A stretch of DNA of 64,000 bases from an uncultured Bdellovibrionales bacterium (GTDB lineage Bacteria > Patescibacteriota > Minisyncoccia > Moranbacterales > GWC2-37-73), in NCBI GenBank assembly GCA_964484505.1, contig CAZAFB010000004.1, positions 23,265-87,264 of the forward strand, given 5' to 3'. The notes below the pieces were generated by a model. The model was not told the DNA's origin. It made no database searches and was given only the letters and a program-made list of their open reading frames with translations. A program made the position numbers and the translations under genes. Below are positions 58,041 through 64,000 of this stretch, in pieces. The stretch's first letter is position 1. Each line of letters opens with the position of its first letter.

Positions 58041-58670
58041 ATGGCTAAGGTAACCGTCTACAATACAACAGGAAAGAAAGTGGAGGATATGGAATTGTCC
58101 GATAATGTTTTTGGACAAAAATCCAACAACGATCTGCTTCATCAAGTATATGTTGCTATTTCAGCAAATCGTCGCCAAGTGCTTGCGCACACCAAAGGAG
58201 TTGGCGAGCGCGCCGGATCGGGCAAAAAGCCTTGGAGACAGAAAGGAACTGGCAATGCCCGCGTAGGACAAAAAAGAAATCCGATTTGGCGTGGAGGTGG
58301 AATTTCCATGGGACCGACAAGTGACAGGAATTTCAGCAAGGATGTAAACAAAAAAATGCGTCAAAAGGCTGTCATGGTTGCGCTTAGTGAAAAAGTGCGC
58401 AGTGGTAATCTGATTGTGGTAGATAAGCTGATACTGAATGAGAAGAAGACCAAGGAATTTGCGCAGGTTCTCAAGAATCTTAAAGTTTCTGGAAAAGTTT
58501 TGGTTGCTTTCGAAGAAACTGAAAGAGAACTCATGAAGGCATCACGTAATATTGAAACGGTAAAGAATATCAGTACGAAAAATTTGAATGTTTTCGATAT
58601 GCTTAATTCCAAGAATATCTTGGTAAGCCTTGCGTCAGTAAAGTTATTAGAAGAGAAGTTTGCTAAATAA
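58041..58670 (+). CDS. rplD: 50S ribosomal protein L4
   Basis: KPWRQKGTGNARVG..PIWRGGG. Confidence 0.97.
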   Translation: MAKVTVYNTTGKKVEDMELSDNVFGQKSNNDLLHQVYVAISANRRQVLAHTKGVGERAGSGKKPWRQKGTGNARVGQKRNPIWRGGGISMGPTSDRNFSKDVNKKMRQKAVMVALSEKVRSGNLIVVDKLILNEKKTKEFAQVLKNLKVSGKVLVAFEETERELMKASRNIETVKNISTKNLNVFDMLNSKNILVSLASVKLLEEKFAK

Positions 58671-58702
58671 AGATTTCCTGATAATTTCAAGATATAATAG
58701 TT

Positions 58703-59050
58703 ATGGCTCCAAAAGTTGAAAAATCCAAAAAGAAGAAAGATGCCGCGGAGGCTTTTCAGAGCGCTGAGGTTGCGTATCGTGTTCTTGTTGAACCGTGGAT
58801 AACCGAAAAAACTCATGCTGGATCGGCAATAGGCAAATATTCTTTCAAGGTAACTTCCAAAGCTACCAAGAAAGAAGTTGCCGAGGCTATTGCAGGAATG
58901 TATGGAATTACCGTTACGGGAGTAAATATGATTACGGTAAAGAAGAAAAAGAAAAGCTATGGCAGATATGAAGGAGCTAAGGCTGGATATAAAAAGGCTA
59001 CAGTGACTCTGAAGGAAGGAGAATCAATAACATTTTTTGAAGGAGTGTAG
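58703..59050 (+). CDS. rplW: 50S ribosomal protein L23
   Basis: PWITEK, ATKKEV, YKKATVTLK; operon position. Confidence 0.93.
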   Translation: MAPKVEKSKKKKDAAEAFQSAEVAYRVLVEPWITEKTHAGSAIGKYSFKVTSKATKKEVAEAIAGMYGITVTGVNMITVKKKKKSYGRYEGAKAGYKKATVTLKEGESITFFEGV

Positions 59051-59056
59051 GGATTT

Positions 59057-59150
59057 AAATCGCGAATCGACACGAATTAGTCTCGAATAATCGCGAATAG
59101 AATGCAAAATTAGAGATTATTAGAGATAAATTAGCGTAAATTAGAGATTT
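59057..59150 (+). repeat. CGAAT/ATTAG periodic hairpin spacer element
   Basis: Family copy filling the rplW-rplB spacer. Confidence 0.9.
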
Positions 59151-59158
59151 ATACCATT

Positions 59159-59992
59159 ATGGCGATTAAAGTATACAAACGAAATACTGCTGGACGAAGG
59201 AACATGTCCATTGTAAAAGCTGATGAGCTTACGGATAAGAAGCCTGAGAAAGCTTTGCTTTCCAAGCTCACCAAAAAATCCGGTCGCAGCAACGGAAAGA
59301 TTTCCGTGCGTCATCATGGAGGTGGGCATAAGCGTCGTTATCGTGCGGTTGATTTTCGCCAGGACAAATTTGATATACCGGGCAAGATTGAGGCTATCGA
59401 AAGAGATCCGAATCGCAGCTCGTTGATTGCTTTGGTTGTTTACCGCGATGGAGAGAAAAGATATGTTTTGGCGTCGGCAGGAATGAAAGCTGGCGTGGAA
59501 ATAATTGCTGGACCGAATGTACCAATCAAAGAAGGAAACAGGACTGAGCTTAAGAATATTCCTGTAGGAACGATTGTTTCCAATGTCGAAGTTACCTTTG
59601 GCAAGGGTGGACAGATCGTACGTAGTGCCGGAAGCGGAGCAATGCTTATGGCTGTTGATGAAAAGATGGCACAGCTAAAAATGCCATCCGGAGAAATTAG
59701 GCTAGTGAAATGCATTTGTTATGCTACAATTGGACAGGTGAGCAATTTTGAACATAACGCAGAAAAGCTCGGAAAGGCTGGTAGAAACAGATGGAAAGGT
59801 GTACGCCCGGGAGTGAGGGGAAGTGCGATGAATCCGGTTGATCATCCACATGGAGGAGGAGAAGGACGTCAGCCGATTGGTTTGAAATATCCAAAAACTC
59901 CTTGGGGCAAACCTGCCCTTGGCAAGAAAACCCGCAAGAAGTCGAAATATAGTGATAAATTTATTGTTAAGAGGAGAACTAAAAAGAAATAA
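59159..59992 (+). CDS. rplB: 50S ribosomal protein L2
   Basis: GGGHKRRYR, DPNRS, RGSAMNPVDHPHGGGEG. Confidence 0.98.
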   Translation: MAIKVYKRNTAGRRNMSIVKADELTDKKPEKALLSKLTKKSGRSNGKISVRHHGGGHKRRYRAVDFRQDKFDIPGKIEAIERDPNRSSLIALVVYRDGEKRYVLASAGMKAGVEIIAGPNVPIKEGNRTELKNIPVGTIVSNVEVTFGKGGQIVRSAGSGAMLMAVDEKMAQLKMPSGEIRLVKCICYATIGQVSNFEHNAEKLGKAGRNRWKGVRPGVRGSAMNPVDHPHGGGEGRQPIGLKYPKTPWGKPALGKKTRKKSKYSDKFIVKRRTKKK

Positions 59993-60077
59993 CAGAATTA
60001 ACATAGAAGAAAACAGAATAGCACAGATACACAGAATTTTTCTGTGTCGTTCCGTAAATTTCTGTGTAGTTCTGTGA
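59992..60077. repeat. Periodic palindromic spacer (ACAGAA/TTCTGT variant)
   Basis: Repeated ACAGAA units followed by TTCTGTG units. Confidence 0.75.
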
Positions 60078-60085
60078 TAGTAATT

Positions 60086-60430
60086 ATGGCTAGGAGTCTG
60101 AAAAAAGGACCATACGTGGACGAAAGAGTTATCAAGAAGGTTGTTGATAGCAAGCCGGGTGAAAAGACCATCAAAACATGGTCACGCGCCTGTACTATCA
60201 CTCCGGAAATGATCGGCTTTACTTTCGGTGTGCATAATGGGAAAGAATTTATTTCTGTATATGTCACTGAAGAAATGGTCGGTCATCGTTTGGGAGAATT
60301 TTCTCCTACGCGCAAATTCTTGAGACACGGAGGTAAGATGCAGAAAGAAATTGAACAGGCAGCCAAGCAAAAATCTTTGGATGCAGCGAAAGCAGCCAAA
60401 GCTGACACAGGAAAGGGAAAAAAGAAATAA
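60086..60430 (+). CDS. rpsS: 30S ribosomal protein S19 with basic C-terminal extension
   Basis: [26 protein letters not shown]. Confidence 0.97.
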   Translation: MARSLKKGPYVDERVIKKVVDSKPGEKTIKTWSRACTITPEMIGFTFGVHNGKEFISVYVTEEMVGHRLGEFSPTRKFLRHGGKMQKEIEQAAKQKSLDAAKAAKADTGKGKKK

Positions 60431-60436
60431 GGATTT

Positions 60437-60500
60437 AAATCGCGAATCGAATGCAAGAATTAGAGATTATTAGGGATAAATTAGCGTAAATTAGAGATTT
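60437..60500 (+). repeat. CGAAT/ATTAG spacer element with deleted 5' arm
   Basis: Matches the 59057 copy with the internal 5' units missing. Confidence 0.85.
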
Positions 60501-60508
60501 ATACCATT

Positions 60509-61084
60509 ATGAAAGTTAACGCAACACTGAAAAATTTGAGAATATCTCCGCGCAAAGTGCGCTTAGTGGCTGATTCTATCAAGGGAATGAATGCTTCTGC
60601 TGCTATTGCTCATGTCCACAAGACAATAAAGCGTTCAAGCGATGACATTGAAAAACTCATCCGCAGCGCGGTGGCTAATGCGGAAAATAATTTTGGTTTG
60701 GATGGTGACAACATGTACATCTCGGATATTCAGGTTGGCGAAGGGCCAAGCATGAAACGTTGGTTGCCCAGAGCTCACGGAAGAGCAACTTCGCTCATTA
60801 AGCGTACCTCGCATGTGTATCTGGAGCTTGATGAAAGGGAAGAAGGTAAAAACCGCAAGTCGTCTGAGCAACTCCAGAAAGAGAAAGAAGAAAGAGCAAA
60901 AGCCAAGGCTGAAGCCATCAAGGAATTGGAAGAGGAAATGAAAGCCGCGGAGGAATCCGAAGATGAAGTGCATGATGAAAAGGAATTGAAAGAGCAGAAA
61001 GTGAAAAAGGAAACTGCAAAGACAGAACAGAAGGGTCAAGACAAAGGATGGAAGGGCAAGATATTTCAGCGCAAATCCGTGTAA
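60509..61084 (+). CDS. rplV: 50S ribosomal protein L22 with charged C-terminal extension
   Basis: RISPRKVRLVAD, SAVANA, PRAHGRA..KRTSH, then about 80 charged residues. Confidence 0.96.
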   Translation: MKVNATLKNLRISPRKVRLVADSIKGMNASAAIAHVHKTIKRSSDDIEKLIRSAVANAENNFGLDGDNMYISDIQVGEGPSMKRWLPRAHGRATSLIKRTSHVYLELDEREEGKNRKSSEQLQKEKEERAKAKAEAIKELEEEMKAAEESEDEVHDEKELKEQKVKKETAKTEQKGQDKGWKGKIFQRKSV

Positions 61085-61086
61085 AT

Positions 61087-61173
61087 AATTCACGAATCGA
61101 CACGAATTTGTTCTCGAATAATCACGAATTTATTAGAGATAATTAGCGATAAATTAGTGTAAATTAGCGATTT
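61087..61173 (+). repeat. CGAAT/ATTAG periodic hairpin spacer element
   Basis: Family copy filling the rplV-rpsC spacer. Confidence 0.9.
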
Positions 61174-61181
61174 ATAAAATT

Positions 61182-61835
61182 ATGGGACATAAGGTAAATC
61201 CAACAGGACTCAGAATTGGAATCACGACGACTTGGAAGTCGCGCTGGTTTTCCGATAAGGATTATGCAAAAAAGTTGCGCGAAGACACGCTAATCCGCCA
61301 AGCTATAGCGAAGAAGTGGAAAAATGCAGCGATTGCTGATGTGGAAGTGGAACGTAGTGCCAATACGATTAAATTGATCATCAAGACATCCCGTCCAGGC
61401 GTACTCATAGGTCGCGGAGGAACGGGAATTGAAGATATTTCCGCTTTCGTCAAGAAGAATTTTTTCGCCAATCGAAAAGTTGATCTGAAAATTGAAGCGC
61501 AGGAAGTGAAACAATTCGAAGAAAATGCCTCGTTGGTAGCCCAAAATGTTGCCGAGCAGTTGGAAAAGCGTATGCCTTTCCGCAGAGTGCTCAAATCAAC
61601 CCTGGACCAAGTGGAAAAAAATAGGAATGTGAAAGGTGTGAAGATTGAGGTTTCTGGACGTTTGGGAGGAGCGGAAATGTCTCGAAGAGAATGGTTATCT
61701 CGCGGCACGGTGCCTCTGCACACATTGCGTGCCGACATTGATTTCTCGAAAGCGACCGCGTTTACCACATATGGAGCTATCGGAGTGAAAGTTTGGATAT
61801 ATAAAGGAGAAGTATTTGATGATAAAAATCTCTAA
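61182..61835 (+). CDS. rpsC: 30S ribosomal protein S3
   Basis: MGHKVNPTGLRIG, RPGVLIGRGG, GRLGGAEM, PLHTLRADID. Confidence 0.98.
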   Translation: MGHKVNPTGLRIGITTTWKSRWFSDKDYAKKLREDTLIRQAIAKKWKNAAIADVEVERSANTIKLIIKTSRPGVLIGRGGTGIEDISAFVKKNFFANRKVDLKIEAQEVKQFEENASLVAQNVAEQLEKRMPFRRVLKSTLDQVEKNRNVKGVKIEVSGRLGGAEMSRREWLSRGTVPLHTLRADIDFSKATAFTTYGAIGVKVWIYKGEVFDDKNL

Positions 61836-61912
61836 TCATCTCGAATTGAATCACGAATGATCACAAATATATTAGAGATAATTAGCGATAAATTAGTGTA
61901 GATTAGTGATTT
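61826..61912 (+). repeat. CGAAT/ATTAG spacer element overlapping the rpsC stop codon
   Basis: First unit AAATCTCTAAT contains the TAA at 61833-61835. Confidence 0.85.
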
Positions 61913-61922
61913 ATACAATAAT

Positions 61923-62336
61923 ATGTTGATGCCAAAGAAAGTAAAACATAGAAAGATCCATCGCGGTGGAGCTATCCGCGGGGTTGCAACCAAGGGTACC
62001 GAGGTAAGTTTTGGAAGCTTCGGTCTCAAAGCAACTTCCTCCGGGCTTATTTCCGCGAGGCAGATCGAAGCCGCTAGACGCGCGATGACTAGATATATCA
62101 AGCGTGGTGGCAAAATCTGGATCCGTATTTTCCCAGACAAGCCGATGACTAAGAAGGGTGATGATGTGCCTATGGGTAAAGGAAAAGGAAGTGTGGATCA
62201 TTATGTGGCCAAAACTAAGCAAGGAAGAATGCTTTTTGAAATGGATGGTGTGGCTGAAGACGTAGCGCGTGAAGCGATGAGATTGGCAGCATATAAATTG
62301 AGCGTAAAGACTAAGTTTGTGGTAAGAGAGAAATAG
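61923..62336 (+). CDS. rplP: 50S ribosomal protein L16
   Basis: [34 protein letters not shown]. Confidence 0.98.
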   Translation: MLMPKKVKHRKIHRGGAIRGVATKGTEVSFGSFGLKATSSGLISARQIEAARRAMTRYIKRGGKIWIRIFPDKPMTKKGDDVPMGKGKGSVDHYVAKTKQGRMLFEMDGVAEDVAREAMRLAAYKLSVKTKFVVREK

Positions 62337-62343
62337 CTGACAT

Positions 62344-62435
62344 AAATCGCGAATCGGCACTAATAAAGTCTCGAATAGTCGCGAATAAAATTCATTAGAG
62401 ATTATTAGTGATAAATTAGTGTTGATTAGTGATTT
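62344..62435 (+). repeat. CGAAT/ATTAG periodic hairpin spacer element
   Basis: Family copy filling the rplP-rpmC spacer. Confidence 0.9.
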
Positions 62436-62445
62436 ATATAATTAT

Positions 62446-62634
62446 ATGAAAGTAGGACAACTTAGAGATATGACAGTGGACGAACTTAAGAAGTTTGTCG
62501 ACGAGCAGAGATCCGGCGCAGTGAAAATGCGTTTTGCGATCGCTTCCCGTCAGGAGAAGGATCACAGGCAATATCGTCGTACTCGCAGGACGATCGCTCG
62601 TGCACTTACCATACTTAAAGAAAAGGATAAATAA
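62446..62634 (+). CDS. rpmC: 50S ribosomal protein L29
   Basis: LRDMTVDEL..RRTIARALTIL; operon position. Confidence 0.9.
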   Translation: MKVGQLRDMTVDELKKFVDEQRSGAVKMRFAIASRQEKDHRQYRRTRRTIARALTILKEKDK

Positions 62635-62635
62635 T

Positions 62636-62866
62636 ATGGAGAAAAAAGTAGCGAAAATGAAGGGGATTGTGGTTAGCGATGCGATGGATAAAACCATTAT
62701 AGTAGCTGTCCAAACTCTTAAAACCCATCCGAAATACTTGAAAAAATATCGCTCGACCAAGAAATACAAGGTTCATGACGAGGATAATAAATTCAAGAAG
62801 GGGGATGCAGTTGAATTCATTCAATGCCGCCCAATTAGCAAGGATAAGAGGTTTAAAATAGCGTAG
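62636..62866 (+). CDS. rpsQ: 30S ribosomal protein S17
   Basis: GIVVSDAMDKT, HPKYLK, VHDE, CRPISKDK. Confidence 0.96.
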   Translation: MEKKVAKMKGIVVSDAMDKTIIVAVQTLKTHPKYLKKYRSTKKYKVHDEDNKFKKGDAVEFIQCRPISKDKRFKIA

Positions 62867-62871
62867 TATAG

Positions 62872-62971
62872 AAATCGCGAATCGACACGAATAAAGTCTC
62901 GAATAATCGCGAATGGCGCGAGTGAATTTATTAGAGATTATTAGTGATAAATTAGTGTAGATTAGAGATTT
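62872..62971 (+). repeat. CGAAT/ATTAG periodic hairpin spacer element
   Basis: Family copy filling the rpsQ-rplN spacer. Confidence 0.9.
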
Positions 62972-62979
62972 AAATCATT

Positions 62980-63345
62980 ATGATTCAAGCAGAGACAAAA
63001 TTGAAAGTTGCCGATAATTCCGGAGCGAAAGTAATCGAGTGTTTTAAGGTGCTCGGAGGAACACGTAGGAGATATGCATCGATCGGTGATATTATTGTCG
63101 CATCAGTAAAATCAGCCGAACCTCGCGGAATGGTGAAAAAAGGCGATAAAGTGAAAGCGGTGATTGTTCGCCAAGCCAAAGCGCTTCGCAGAAAGGATGG
63201 TTCGCTGATCAGATTTGATGAAAATGCTGCTGTGATTGTGGATGGCAAAGAGCCGAAAGGAACACGTATTTTCGGACCAGTAGCCAGAGAATTGCGTGAA
63301 AAAGGTTTTAATAAGATTGTTTCATTGGCCCCGGAAGTTTTGTAA
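62980..63345 (+). CDS. rplN: 50S ribosomal protein L14
   Basis: [35 protein letters not shown]. Confidence 0.98.
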   Translation: MIQAETKLKVADNSGAKVIECFKVLGGTRRRYASIGDIIVASVKSAEPRGMVKKGDKVKAVIVRQAKALRRKDGSLIRFDENAAVIVDGKEPKGTRIFGPVARELREKGFNKIVSLAPEVL

Positions 63346-63467
63346 GACGCGAATTTTTACGAATTAAGAACGAATTTGCACGAATGTGTAATAAATAGCA
63401 AGTGAATATTTTTTAAGGAAACAACTGAATACGGGTTCGTACATTCGTACCAATTCGTAATTCGTAG
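63346..63467. repeat. Periodic palindromic spacer (ACGAAT/ATTCGT variant)
   Basis: Four CGAAT units and four TTCGTA units. Confidence 0.7.
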
Positions 63468-63475
63468 AGAAAGTC

Positions 63476-63781
63476 ATGAGGATTAAAAAAGGAGATCAGG
63501 TACAAATAATCGCCGGAAAGGACAAGGGCAAAAAAGGCAAAGTGCTGCGCACCCTGCCTAGCGTTGAGAAGATAGTCGTGGAAGGTTTGAATATGATGAA
63601 AAAGCACGTTCGCCCGAGGCGTGAGCGCGAACAAGGGCAGAGAGTGGAGATCGCCGCTCCGATGCCTGTTTCCAACGTGATGTTGATTTGCCCAAGTTGC
63701 GGCAAAATGACCCGTGTTGGTTATGCGGTGACCAAGCAGCGCAAATCCCGCGTGTGCAAGAAATGCAATAAGGAATTTTAA
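63476..63781 (+). CDS. rplX: 50S ribosomal protein L24
   Basis: KGDQVQIIAGKDKGKKG, VEGLN, SNVML. Confidence 0.97.
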   Translation: MRIKKGDQVQIIAGKDKGKKGKVLRTLPSVEKIVVEGLNMMKKHVRPRREREQGQRVEIAAPMPVSNVMLICPSCGKMTRVGYAVTKQRKSRVCKKCNKEF

Positions 63782-63798
63782 TTCGATTTGATCGTTTA

Positions 63799-64000
63799 AT
63801 GAGTATGAACGTAGTTTCAACAAAAGAGAAATATGCCAAGTCAGTTGTGAGTCACATGATGGAGACTTTCAAATATGACAGCGTGATGTCTGTTCCGAAA
63901 ATCGAGAAAGTTGTTGTTAATGTAGGAATTGGCAAGATCCTCAAGGAAGGCGATCGTATCGACGAAATCGTTGAGGGACTTCGCGCCATCACCGGACAAC
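63799..64000 (+). CDS. rplE: 50S ribosomal protein L5, 5' part (runs off the window)
   Basis: Manual translation contains VMSVPKIEKVVVNVGIG..AITGQ. Confidence 0.93.
   Translation, partial: MSMNVVSTKEKYAKSVVSHMMETFKYDSVMSVPKIEKVVVNVGIGKILKEGDRIDEIVEGLRAITGQ

Noticed and set aside
57113-62971. CRISPR array interpretation of the recurring repeats
   Set aside because: Copies are separated by whole genes, are degenerate and about 95 nt long, and no cas genes are present
1-64000. Alternative genetic code (TGA as Gly or Trp)
   Set aside because: TGA ends rpsJ, nrdR and eno at their expected C-termini and long genes are uninterrupted under code 11

Overview
AT-rich chromosomal segment of a small-genome bacterium using genetic code 11. 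Gene content and style (short proS, archaeal-type aspS, short pgk, FtsA-like plus baseplate-J-like pair, extended L22/S19, core genes mostly without Shine-Dalgarno sequences) point to Patescibacteria/CPR, probably Parcubacteria; this is an inference. It carries housekeeping genes (proS, ispH, aspS, scpAB, dac, mraY, pgk, eno, ndk, two comEC parts, recQ), an nrdR-nrdD-nrdG anaerobic ribonucleotide reductase locus, an ApbE/MsrQ-like module, and the str-S10-spc ribosomal cluster split between fusA and tuf by about 10.8 kb of accessory genes. Most notable: (1) a complete tRNA-Pro(GGG) nested inside the anticodon loop of a second, interrupted tRNA gene; (2) a stand-alone copy of the NrdD glycyl-radical domain beside an intact nrdD, a candidate GrcA-like spare part; (3) a family of periodic intergenic hairpins with systematic G.A mismatches filling most ribosomal-protein spacers; (4) orphan genes packaged between duplicated promoter and terminator blocks. 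Protein calls rest on motif recognition by eye; no searches were run.
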